Shown: positions 29,438-38,099 of the stretch, piece after piece
Position numbering within the stretch: position 1 is the stretch's first letter
Layout of the letters: each line of letters starts with the position of its first letter
The notes under the pieces: generated by a model
Database searches by the model: none
Told to the model about the DNA's origin: nothing
Seen by the model: the letters and a program-made list of their open reading frames with translations, nothing else
NCBI GenBank assembly: GCA_963931055.1
Contig: OZ006987.1
Coordinates: 1,003,652 to 1,067,651, forward strand
Length of the DNA stretch: 64,000 bases
Source: an uncultured Bacteroidales bacterium
GTDB taxonomy: Bacteria; Bacteroidota; Bacteroidia; Bacteroidales; UBA932
Direction of reading: 5' to 3'
Position numbers and translations under genes: made by a program

Positions 29438-30229
29438 TTATATTAAATCCGGATGATGGTAGCGGCCCTGGCCCTGAGTAATACCGCCGTAATCAATCGC
29501 ACGTACAGGGCACCGGTTGATGCAGGCCGTACACTGCACGCAGCCGCGTCCCCACTCCGGCCTCCCGTCCTTCATCGTCACCGTGCCGGTCGGACAGACG
29601 CGCTCACACAGACCGCAGCCGATACAGGCCTCGTTGACACGGAACTTAGTCCGGCTGTCAGGCCCGGCCAGAAAACGGCGGAAAAGCGGACTGATCAGTC
29701 TGCTTTTCAACCAGGGCTGAGTGCCCACGGTCAGATGGACACCCGTATCGCCATTCCGTATGGCTGCAGCCACAGCGTCCACCGCAGCCGGAGCCGCTGC
29801 CAGCTTGACCTCACGCACATCGTCGGGATCCACTCCGAAACCCTTCATCAGTATGTAGTTGTTCGGCATCCGCACCGACCAGCAGCCGGTAAGGGGCAGA
29901 TGACGCTTTCTCAAAGCCTCTCCGAGTATCCGGTCCGTCCAGCCGCAGGTATCTCCGCAGGTGCAGACGGCATAGACTTTCTGACCGGCATAATCCCGTA
30001 CACTCAGACGGGACACGAATCGCAGCATCATCTCCGCAGGCCCCCACGAATGTACCGGAAATACCAGTATCAACGGTTCGTCCTGACGCAGGGCATATTC
30101 ACACACCGCATCACCGGCATGTCTTCTGAGTTCATCCGCCACAGACACAGGCTTTGCCTGACCCAGGGCCTGGGAAAGCCGCCCGGCAACCCAAAGAGAA
30201 TTGCCTGTTCCTGAAAAATATAGAATCAT
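29438..30229 (-). CDS. EFR1-family ferredoxin (flavodoxin-like N-domain plus 2x[4Fe-4S])
   Basis: MILYFSGTGNS flavodoxin-like start and two cluster motifs, CIGCGLCERVCP and CVQCTACINRCP. Confidence 0.75.
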   Translation of the reverse strand: MILYFSGTGNSLWVAGRLSQALGQAKPVSVADELRRHAGDAVCEYALRQDEPLILVFPVHSWGPAEMMLRFVSRLSVRDYAGQKVYAVCTCGDTCGWTDRILGEALRKRHLPLTGCWSVRMPNNYILMKGFGVDPDDVREVKLAAAPAAVDAVAAAIRNGDTGVHLTVGTQPWLKSRLISPLFRRFLAGPDSRTKFRVNEACIGCGLCERVCPTGTVTMKDGRPEWGRGCVQCTACINRCPVRAIDYGGITQGQGRYHHPDLI

Positions 30230-31365
30230 ACCCGGAAATTATATAAGGCAAACAACACATTGACCAGATTACAGAAGACCATCTTGGCATTGACATTGGA
30301 CTCCACCGCCGTCCTGGCTCCCTCAAAAGCCGCAAAGGCCTTCTCATAGAAACTCTCCGGCAAAGCTGACGAGAAACGCATGACAGCGTCTTTCTCAGAA
30401 GGGAGTACGTCGGCAATAGAGCCCAGTCCGCGGCTGTGCATCATAGCCTTGCGCAGAAACGCCTCCGAATACAGACAGAAGTCCTTCTGCCGCTCCCGGC
30501 CCAGAGCCAGCACGGCATCATTGCCCTCCAGCAGAGCCGGCAGATCCTTTCCGACCACACTTTCCAGCATCGATGTCAGCAAAGGCAGATAGGCCTCCGA
30601 TGCGGAACTGCCCTGTATCATATTGAGAGCCAGGCCCGGACTGCCTCCGCTGGTCCTGGCATACAACACGGCCTCATCAGGCGTCACTCCGGTCCGGACG
30701 GACAGAAACGGAGCCAGTTCCCCTTGGGAGACAGGATAAAGCCGTATCATCTGGGAACGGGAACGTATCGTGGAGATTATCCGCTCAGGCGCATGAGTCA
30801 CGAATATGAAATAGGTATCCGGGGACGGCTCCTCCACTATCTTCAGCAGTCTGTTCGCCGCCTCGGCGTTCATCCTCTCCGGCAGCCACACCAGCATGAA
30901 CTTGCTGTAGCCCTCGTATGACTTAAGGCTCAGCGAGTCCAGTATCTCCTTGGCCTCCGCCACGCTTATCACGCCCACCTTGTCGGCTATGCCTATCCGC
31001 TCGTAAAGGTCCGGTTCCGTAAAATAAGGATTGGCCTTGTAGAGTTCCCGCCACTGCTGCATGAAAGAGCCGCTGAGCGGCTTGCCCGAGCCGGACTTTG
31101 AAGCCGAGTTGACCGGAAAGGCGAAATGAATATCGGGATGCATCATCTCCGATACCCTGCGGCAGGAAGGACATACTCCGCAGGAATCCTCCCCGGCTTT
31201 CCGGTTACGGCACATCATGTACTGAATCAAGGCCATGGCCAAAGGCAGGGCACCGTATCCGTCTTTCTCCACAAACATGAGGGAATGTCCGGTACGTCCG
31301 CTGTCCACCATATTGATCAGACGGGACTTAAGTTCTCCGTTTCCTAATACTTCTTTAAATTGCAT
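30226..31365 (-). CDS. holB: DNA polymerase III subunit delta'
   Basis: Clamp-loader AAA+ N-domain (GHSLMFVEKDGYGALPLA), zinc module CGVCPSCRRV, SRSQ sensor motif (TIRSRSQ). ATG at 31365 preferred over the TTG at 31377. Confidence 0.8.
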   Translation of the reverse strand: MQFKEVLGNGELKSRLINMVDSGRTGHSLMFVEKDGYGALPLAMALIQYMMCRNRKAGEDSCGVCPSCRRVSEMMHPDIHFAFPVNSASKSGSGKPLSGSFMQQWRELYKANPYFTEPDLYERIGIADKVGVISVAEAKEILDSLSLKSYEGYSKFMLVWLPERMNAEAANRLLKIVEEPSPDTYFIFVTHAPERIISTIRSRSQMIRLYPVSQGELAPFLSVRTGVTPDEAVLYARTSGGSPGLALNMIQGSSASEAYLPLLTSMLESVVGKDLPALLEGNDAVLALGRERQKDFCLYSEAFLRKAMMHSRGLGSIADVLPSEKDAVMRFSSALPESFYEKAFAAFEGARTAVESNVNAKMVFCNLVNVLFALYNFRV

Positions 31366-31411
31366 ATCCAGATTCAAAGATAAATAATTATCTTTGTAAT
31401 TTATCTACAAT

Positions 31412-32587
31412 ATGGAAGAAAAAAACACAATATACGACTGTTCCAGGGGTTGTCTCACGGAGAGAGCCGAGAACGGAGAACTTATCTGCAATTACAGCCG
31501 GGGCTGCTGCAAGCTGGCCGACTTCGACTGGCTGGAGGGCATATCCGACCCGAAATTCAGCAACATATACGAAGTACGTTTCAAGAATACCCGAAAGGGA
31601 TTCTATGAGAACACATCCCACCTGCTTCTGAAAGCCGGCGACCTTGTCGTAGTAGAGGCCGCCACCGGACATGACGTAGGCATCATAACCCTGAGCGGTC
31701 CTGTGGTCAGCAGACAGATGGCCCGGAACCATTTTGACATGGAGACCAAGGAGCTCAAGAAGATATACCGGAAGGCCCGCCCGCTGGATCTGGAGAAATG
31801 GCAGGAAGCCATAGCCCGGGAGAACAGCACCATGATAAGGGCCAGACAGATCGCCGCCGATCTCGGACTGGATATGAAGATAGGCGACGTAGAGTTCCAG
31901 GGAGACGGGACGAAGGCTATCTTCTACTATATCGCTGACGAGAGGGTGGATTTCCGCCAGCTCATCAAGGTATTCGCCGAGGAGTTCCGCATCAGGATAG
32001 AGATGAAGCAGATCGGAGCCCGCCAGGAGGCCGGCCTCATAGGCGGTCTGGGAGTCTGCGGAAGAGCCCTGTGCTGCGCCAAGTTCATCACCAACTTCCA
32101 GTCCATATCCACTCAGGCCGCCCGCTGCCAGGATCTGTCGCTGAACCCGCAGAAGCTCGCCGGCCAGTGCGGCAAACTCAAGTGCTGCATCAATTACGAG
32201 GTGCCTGTATACGTGGACGCTCACAACCGCATACCGCAGGTCAACGCTCCGCTGGAATTCATGGACGGACAGGCATGGCTGGTCAAGACCGATGTACTGA
32301 AAGGCATCATGTGGTTCTCCTACGAGCAGGGCAATGCCTCAAAGGTCTCTCCTCTGACAGTTGAAGAAGTGCGCAGGATCAAGGCTGCCAATCAGAAAGG
32401 CAGCAAGCCGGCGACGATGCTGAAAGACACGGATGAGAGTGAGGCCATAGACTTCGTGTCCTCCATAGGCGACGACAGCATTGACCGCTTCGACAAAAAG
32501 AAGAAAAGGAAAAAGAAAAAAAGACCGGTCCGCAATACCGGTGACAAGGAAAAGCCCAACGGTAATAAAAAACCTGAACGGAAATGA
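31412..32587 (+). CDS. PSP1 domain protein (RicT/YaaT-like) with a Lys-rich tail
   Basis: PSP1-type core (GDLVVVEAATGHDVG...KIGDVEFQGDGTKAIFYY...RIEMKQIGARQEAG...CGRALCC...CGKLKCC). Confidence 0.8.
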   Translation: MEEKNTIYDCSRGCLTERAENGELICNYSRGCCKLADFDWLEGISDPKFSNIYEVRFKNTRKGFYENTSHLLLKAGDLVVVEAATGHDVGIITLSGPVVSRQMARNHFDMETKELKKIYRKARPLDLEKWQEAIARENSTMIRARQIAADLGLDMKIGDVEFQGDGTKAIFYYIADERVDFRQLIKVFAEEFRIRIEMKQIGARQEAGLIGGLGVCGRALCCAKFITNFQSISTQAARCQDLSLNPQKLAGQCGKLKCCINYEVPVYVDAHNRIPQVNAPLEFMDGQAWLVKTDVLKGIMWFSYEQGNASKVSPLTVEEVRRIKAANQKGSKPATMLKDTDESEAIDFVSSIGDDSIDRFDKKKKRKKKKRPVRNTGDKEKPNGNKKPERK

Positions 32588-33099
32588 ACTTGCGTACCGT
32601 AACGGCACTTCTGACGGTCACGGCCTGCATGATAATGGTCTCATGTTCCGGCAAGGGACGCAGCGATGATCAGGATTTCTATTTCACTACCATGAAGACC
32701 GGCGGGGAAGACCAAGTCTCCTTTGACATCGACCTGAGCGATACCACGCGCGTATACGCCATCAGCCTGGTCTCCAGATTCAAGAAAGACGCAGAATGCA
32801 GGAACGTGACATTCACCGTCAGCCTGACATCTCCGTCAGGACAGTCAGGTTCAGAGAGGGTCACACTTCCCTCTGACTACCGCACTGTCAAGGACTATAT
32901 CAAGAACAGCCCTGAGGACGGCAGGATACAAGCCGCCTCCGCACCGGGATATTACGATATAAGCTGGCTGTACCGCAGCAATATCCGGCCTCAGGAATAT
33001 GGAGAATGGACAATGACTGTATCCGCTGTCCCGGAAGCCGGCGCCGGAATCATCGGAATAGGAGTCATCATCAATAAGATACCGCTGGCAGGACAATAA
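32584..33099 (+). CDS. gldH: GldH-like lipoprotein
   Basis: 171 aa lipoprotein (MIMVSCSG). The call rests on the conserved Bacteroidetes PSP1-gldH arrangement and the ATGA overlap with the PSP1 gene. No strong motif was read. Confidence 0.5.
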   Translation: MNLRTVTALLTVTACMIMVSCSGKGRSDDQDFYFTTMKTGGEDQVSFDIDLSDTTRVYAISLVSRFKKDAECRNVTFTVSLTSPSGQSGSERVTLPSDYRTVKDYIKNSPEDGRIQAASAPGYYDISWLYRSNIRPQEYGEWTMTVSAVPEAGAGIIGIGVIINKIPLAGQ

Positions 33100-33103
33100 A
33101 CTT

Positions 33104-33769
33104 ATGGGCAAGGACAAAATACGCAAATTCAAGGAAAACGAGACTTTCAGATGCCTCATCCAGCCCCCGATGGACGAGGTGCTGGGCAAGGAGCATCCGC
33201 TGAAAGGCAACTGGGACAAAGAAGTATTTCACAACGGCAACCCGATAGTGCTGGAGCTGGGCTGCGGCAAGGGAGAGTACACCATCGCCCTGGCTGAGCG
33301 GTTCCCGGAGAAGAACTTCATCGGTGTGGACATCAAGGGTGCCAGGCTCTGGAAAGGAGCGAAATACGCCCACGAGCACAATATGCCGAATGTGGCGTTT
33401 CTCCGTACACGGATAGACTTCATAGACTCGCTGTTCGGGCCGGACGAGGTGTCGGAGATATGGCTGACCTTCTCGGACCCCCAGCCCAAGAAACCCAACA
33501 AGAGACTTTCCAGTCCCATATTCCTGGAGCGGTACTCTCATTTCCTTAAAAAGGACGGCATAATGCACCTTAAGACCGACAGCCAGCTCCTGCACGAATC
33601 CACTCTGGAAGTCATAAAGGAAGGCGGTCACATCCTGCTGGAAGCCGACAATGACATCTACGGCTCCGGCCTGGCCGAGAGAGAGCCGCTGCTGTCCATA
33701 AAGACATTCTACGAGTCGATGTTCCTTGCCGAAGGCAAGCCGATTACATATGTAAGGTGGAGACTATAG
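33104..33769 (+). CDS. trmB: tRNA (guanine46-N7)-methyltransferase
   Basis: SAM motif VLELGCGKGEY, then FIGVDIKGARLW and WLTFSDPQPKK. Confidence 0.85.
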   Translation: MGKDKIRKFKENETFRCLIQPPMDEVLGKEHPLKGNWDKEVFHNGNPIVLELGCGKGEYTIALAERFPEKNFIGVDIKGARLWKGAKYAHEHNMPNVAFLRTRIDFIDSLFGPDEVSEIWLTFSDPQPKKPNKRLSSPIFLERYSHFLKKDGIMHLKTDSQLLHESTLEVIKEGGHILLEADNDIYGSGLAEREPLLSIKTFYESMFLAEGKPITYVRWRL

Positions 33770-34756
33770 GCCGCCGACGTATGCGGCTATGGACATGAGA
33801 CCGTCCCTGCACTGGGAGGGCTGAAGTACTTTAAGATATTCCTGAGCCTTAAGGGTATAGTCCCGCAGTACTCCACGGGCCGAGTCAAGTCCGCCGTGAG
33901 AGAGGACAAAACTGCGTATCTCTGCGGCGACTTCCCTGTCCTGCTCCACTCTGGACGGGTCACAGGTAATGTCACCCATACGGCGGCGGATACGCTCTTC
34001 CTCTTCCGGAGCGTTACGCATGGCACAGAGCAGAGGCATGGTGATCTTGCGTTCCATGATATCACAGTCGCTGTCCTTGCCGGTCTCGGACGTAGGACGA
34101 TAATCCAGTATGTCGTCCCTTATCTGGAAACTGCATCCCAGCCAGTAGGCGTACTGCTCCATGGCAGATACCACCTTGTCAGAGGCACCGGATACTATGG
34201 CCGGTCCCTTGACCGAAGCTATGAACAAGGATGCCGTCTTACGCCGGATAATCTGAATATAGTCTTCCTCCGTCGTCTTCAGGCTGTCAGCCAGCTCCAT
34301 CTGGATGATCTCGCCCTCGGAGAGCTCCTCCAGGGACTTGGAATAGATACTAAGCACTTCATAAGGACAGCCGTATGTGATAAGCAGATGAATAGCCCTG
34401 GTCAGCCAGTAATCCCCCATAAGCAGAGATGCCCCGGAAGAAAAGAGTTTTCTGACCGTCAGCTGTCCTCTTCGGTGGTCACTGCCGTCCACCACATCGT
34501 CGTGCAGAAGAGTCGCCGTGTGTATCAGTTCGGATACAGCCGCACAGGCCACGGCTTTCGGATTAATGGAACCGCTGCAGGCCTTCGCGGTTACGAGGGC
34601 CAGCAGCGGTCTGAGTTTCTTGCCCGAAGCCCCGAGCAGATAGCCGTTGATACGGTTCAAGAGGTCACTGCGGGAGGTAAGCGAGTCGGCCATAAGCCTC
34701 TCGAATCCTTCCCACTCCGTAGCTACCGCACTTTTGAGTTCCTCGGTCAATGTCAT
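33764..34756 (-). CDS. polyprenyl diphosphate synthase (IspB/octaprenyl type)
   Basis: First and second Asp-rich motifs, LLHDDVVD and FQIRDDILD. Confidence 0.85.
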   Translation of the reverse strand: MTLTEELKSAVATEWEGFERLMADSLTSRSDLLNRINGYLLGASGKKLRPLLALVTAKACSGSINPKAVACAAVSELIHTATLLHDDVVDGSDHRRGQLTVRKLFSSGASLLMGDYWLTRAIHLLITYGCPYEVLSIYSKSLEELSEGEIIQMELADSLKTTEEDYIQIIRRKTASLFIASVKGPAIVSGASDKVVSAMEQYAYWLGCSFQIRDDILDYRPTSETGKDSDCDIMERKITMPLLCAMRNAPEEEERIRRRMGDITCDPSRVEQDREVAAEIRSFVLSHGGLDSARGVLRDYTLKAQEYLKVLQPSQCRDGLMSIAAYVGGL

Positions 34757-34759
34757 CTG

Positions 34760-35431
34760 CTAAAAGAAGTAAGCTATGGACAGTTCCCCTCCGTTGAACT
34801 TCTTGTTATCGGCCTTTATAGCATCTCCGACAGCTCCGACAAACGAGCCGTTGTCCTTGAATGTGGGGTTAAGATCCCAGTTCCACTTGAATGACACCTG
34901 GAAGTTCCAGATATAGATACCGGCACCCACTCCTATACCGTACTGAAAACGGTTCAGATAGCTATTGACGCTCTCGCTGTCAAAATCCACGTTGAGGATG
35001 CTTCCATTTCCAAACAAAACGGCACCGACATAGGGCGACACTACTACATACGGCTTGATGAAATCATTAAACAGCCCTATACCCCACTGGACGTTTATCG
35101 GCACTCTTATCGAACCGGTCTTGAACGAACCGCCATTTATATCCGCTCCGGAAATACTATAGTCCTTTGTCCTCTGCCCTGACTGTACATACAGCACCTC
35201 GGGATTAAGCTCAAACCCCAGAGGCAAATTAAAATTGAACACCATTCCGGCATTGAATCCGGTATATGTCTTCAGGAAATCCTGCTGTCCGAAATCCTTA
35301 AGTCCAGACATATTGGTGAAGTTCAGGCCGGCTTTTATTCCGAAATTGAAGATACCGTCCCTCGCCTGACTGCTGACAGACGCAGTCATCATTAGTGCCG
35401 CAAAAGACACAATTGCAAAAATCTTTTTCAT
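34760..35431 (-). CDS. small outer-membrane beta-barrel protein (porin-family/PorT-like)
   Basis: Signal peptide, alternating hydrophobic beta-strand pattern, C-terminal ...SIAYFF. Confidence 0.65.
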   Translation of the reverse strand: MKKIFAIVSFAALMMTASVSSQARDGIFNFGIKAGLNFTNMSGLKDFGQQDFLKTYTGFNAGMVFNFNLPLGFELNPEVLYVQSGQRTKDYSISGADINGGSFKTGSIRVPINVQWGIGLFNDFIKPYVVVSPYVGAVLFGNGSILNVDFDSESVNSYLNRFQYGIGVGAGIYIWNFQVSFKWNWDLNPTFKDNGSFVGAVGDAIKADNKKFNGGELSIAYFF

Positions 35432-35451
35432 AACTTTACTTTTTCTGTGTG

Positions 35452-35772
35452 TTACATATTCTCAACCTCATTCATCTTGGCAACAATAGCTGCCTTTGTA
35501 GTAGAACCTACCAGCTTGGCCTTCATCTCACCGCCCTTGAAGAAAAGCAGTGTAGGGATATTGCGTATACCGAACTTCATGGGGACATCGGTAGCCTCGT
35601 CCACATTGCACTTTGCGATGAGCCATTTGCCCTCATACTCACCTGCAAGCTCTTCCACGATGGGAGAGATCATGCGGCAGGGGCCGCACCATGTTGCCCA
35701 GAAATCCAGAAGTACGGGAACCTGAGAGTTCACTACGAGTTCTTCGAAATTAGAATCATTAATCGCTAACAT
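35452..35772 (-). CDS. trxA: thioredoxin
   Basis: 106 aa with VLLDFWATWCGPCRM. Confidence 0.95.
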   Translation of the reverse strand: MLAINDSNFEELVVNSQVPVLLDFWATWCGPCRMISPIVEELAGEYEGKWLIAKCNVDEATDVPMKFGIRNIPTLLFFKGGEMKAKLVGSTTKAAIVAKMNEVENM

Positions 35773-35816
35773 AATTTTAAAATTTTATTGTTGTTTATAT
35801 TACTTGATAATTGTTC

Positions 35817-36491
35817 TCAGAAGAAAAATACCAGATTGACCTCCAGACCGCGGTAGTTGCCCATACGTACCGGTCCCTCGGCGTCAATGCTGTCTGTATT
35901 GCGTGCCAACTGGCCTATGTTCCAGTTGTACTTGACCTGCAGCTGGAATTTCCAGAAATCCACACCGCCTCCGATGCCTATTCCGTACTCGAAGCGGTTG
36001 GTATTGTCCCAGGAGACTATCCCGGGCTCCTTATACACCGCATATCCGATATAAGGGGATACCATCAGATAAGGACGGAGCAGTATTAAATCCAGACCGA
36101 ACTGGAAATTGACCGGAACTTCTATATAGTCCGTTCTGAACCGGGCATTCTCAGAACCGCCTTCAAGATTTTTCCCTCTGTACATCGTACCTTTTGAGAC
36201 ATAGTTGAGTTCCGGCTGTATCGTCATCCCCCTCAGCGGCATGTCGAAACTGAATGCCACGCCGGCGGTAAAGCCCGTGTAGTTGCTCACCGATTCGGAT
36301 ATATATCCCAGTTCAAAGCGGCTCATGGATATGAAGTCTATACCGCCCTTGACTCCGACCTTGAAGAAAGACGAGGCATAGGACCTGTCCTTATTGCCGT
36401 CTCCTTTTCCGTCCTGGGCCGATGCAGGCACCGGTCCGGCAACTGCCAGCATAAGAACTGCTGCGGAAAATATTTCTGCAAAACGTTTCAT
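35817..36491 (-). CDS. small outer-membrane beta-barrel protein, paralog of 34760..35431
   Basis: Same length and pattern (YTGFTAGVAFSF versus YTGFNAGMVFNF; RFEYGIGIGGG versus RFQYGIGVGAG; C-terminal LVFFF). Confidence 0.65.
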   Translation of the reverse strand: MKRFAEIFSAAVLMLAVAGPVPASAQDGKGDGNKDRSYASSFFKVGVKGGIDFISMSRFELGYISESVSNYTGFTAGVAFSFDMPLRGMTIQPELNYVSKGTMYRGKNLEGGSENARFRTDYIEVPVNFQFGLDLILLRPYLMVSPYIGYAVYKEPGIVSWDNTNRFEYGIGIGGGVDFWKFQLQVKYNWNIGQLARNTDSIDAEGPVRMGNYRGLEVNLVFFF

Positions 36492-36509
36492 CTTGCGAAG
36501 ATACTAAAT

Positions 36510-37721
36510 TTATCGTTTATTGTGTATCAAATTGGCCAGGCCGCCCTCGGATGTCTCCTTATAAAGGCTGGGCAGGTCGTGGCCGGTCTGCTTCATCGCC
36601 TCTATTACTGCGTCAAACGGCACAATGTGACTTCCGTCCGACATCAGCGCGTACTGAGCCGCATCCATCGCCCTCGCAGCTGCTATCGCATTGCGTTCTA
36701 TGCAGGGTATCTGCACCAGACCGCAGACAGGATCGCAGGTCAGTCCGAGGCAATGCTCCATACCCATTGAGGCCGCGCACTCTATCTGGGGAGGAGTCCC
36801 GCCGAGAATCCTCGTCGCAGCCGCACAAGCCATGGCACAGGCCGTGCCGACCTCTCCCTGACAACCCACTTCCGCGCCCGATATCGATGCATTCTCCTTG
36901 ATGAGGGCCCCGACCAGTCCTGCCGTCGCCATCGCATTGACTATCTTGTTCTCCGTAACTCCATACGAGGTATGGAAGAGATACAGCACCGCCGGCAGCA
37001 CACCGCAGGAGCCGCAGGTCGGAGCCGTGACTATAGTACCGCCGGAGGCATTCTCCTCCGAGACGGCCAGCGCGTATGCGAACAGCAGTCCGCGCCGCTG
37101 CATGGAACTGTTGTAGCTCTTGGCGTGCTGATAATAGGCATAGGCCTTACGGCGCACGTTAAGTCCACCGGGCAGCACGCCCTCATGGTCCAGGCCGCGG
37201 GCGATGGAGCCCTTCATGACCTCCCAGCGCTCAGCCAGATAGTCCCAGATGTCCGGATCCTCGTATTTCGCCACATACTCCCAGAAATAGGAATTGTTGT
37301 CATTGCACCAGCCCAGGATATCCTTCATCTTGCTGAACGGATAGACATCCTTATGCGCATCCCGCCGGCCGGTCTCGCTGATATCGCCGCCGCCCACACT
37401 GAAATAGGTCTTCTCGCACAGCATTTCGCCCTGCGCATTGTAAGCCTTGAAATTCATACCGTTGGGATGCTGGGGCAGGAACTCCTTGGGCTTCCAGACT
37501 ATCTCTATGCCCGTATCTGAGCCCCCGGTCAGGGCCTCCTTCAACGCCACGTCGGTCAAGTGCCCCTTGCCGGTGGCCGCCAGACTTCCGTACAGGGTAA
37601 CGACAAACGAAGATGCCCCGGGGCACAGGCCCTTGAACATCTCCGCCGCTTTCTTGGGGCCCATCGTATGACTGCTCGACGGTCCCTTGCCTATCTTGTA
37701 TATCTCCTTAATGCTCTCCAT
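36510..37721 (-). CDS. sdaA: L-serine ammonia-lyase (iron-sulfur dependent, single chain)
   Basis: IGKGPSSSHTMGP signature, plus PTCGSCGVLPAV and GAEVGCQGEVG. Confidence 0.9.
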   Translation of the reverse strand: MESIKEIYKIGKGPSSSHTMGPKKAAEMFKGLCPGASSFVVTLYGSLAATGKGHLTDVALKEALTGGSDTGIEIVWKPKEFLPQHPNGMNFKAYNAQGEMLCEKTYFSVGGGDISETGRRDAHKDVYPFSKMKDILGWCNDNNSYFWEYVAKYEDPDIWDYLAERWEVMKGSIARGLDHEGVLPGGLNVRRKAYAYYQHAKSYNSSMQRRGLLFAYALAVSEENASGGTIVTAPTCGSCGVLPAVLYLFHTSYGVTENKIVNAMATAGLVGALIKENASISGAEVGCQGEVGTACAMACAAATRILGGTPPQIECAASMGMEHCLGLTCDPVCGLVQIPCIERNAIAAARAMDAAQYALMSDGSHIVPFDAVIEAMKQTGHDLPSLYKETSEGGLANLIHNKR

Positions 37722-37752
37722 CGCAGTATGTGCAGTAACTCAAATGAAGGCA

Positions 37753-37760
37753 CAAAGATA
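37753..37760 (-). promoter_or_regulatory. candidate -7 promoter box (TATCTTTG) for sdaA
   Basis: TAnnTTTG on the minus strand about 32 nt upstream of the ATG at 37721. The same TTTTGTATATCTTTG string recurs upstream of rplM. Confidence 0.35.
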
Positions 37761-37788
37761 TACAAAATCAAAAATTGTATTTAAAAAA

Positions 37789-38082
37789 TCAGACTGTCTG
37801 CTCGATATTCCAGACGAAGGCCCGCACGCCCACCTCGCGGTTGCGGTTGTCAAGCTTGCGGACGGTCTGAAGCAGCTCCTCGACGCGGTCATCCTCCACG
37901 ACGGTCATCATCGCGGAATTCATCTCCGGCCAGGTATGCGTGCCGCGGCGGGGCTCACCGTCCCTGCTGCCGCGTCCCTGCACCTGCTCGAAGAAGGTAA
38001 AGCCACGGATACCCAGCTCGTCCAGCATGTACTCCACCCTCTCGGTATTGGCCTGGTTATATACGATAAACACACATTTCAT
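37789..38082 (-). CDS. PG0541-family transporter-associated small protein (P-II-like fold)
   Basis: 97 aa, MKCVFIVYNQANTERVEYMLDELGIRGFTFFEQVQGRG..., at the 3' end of an RND operon, as I recall for this family. Confidence 0.6.
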   Translation of the reverse strand: MKCVFIVYNQANTERVEYMLDELGIRGFTFFEQVQGRGSRDGEPRRGTHTWPEMNSAMMTVVEDDRVEELLQTVRKLDNRNREVGVRAFVWNIEQTV

Positions 38083-38099
38083 ACTTCGTTCCTCCTTCT

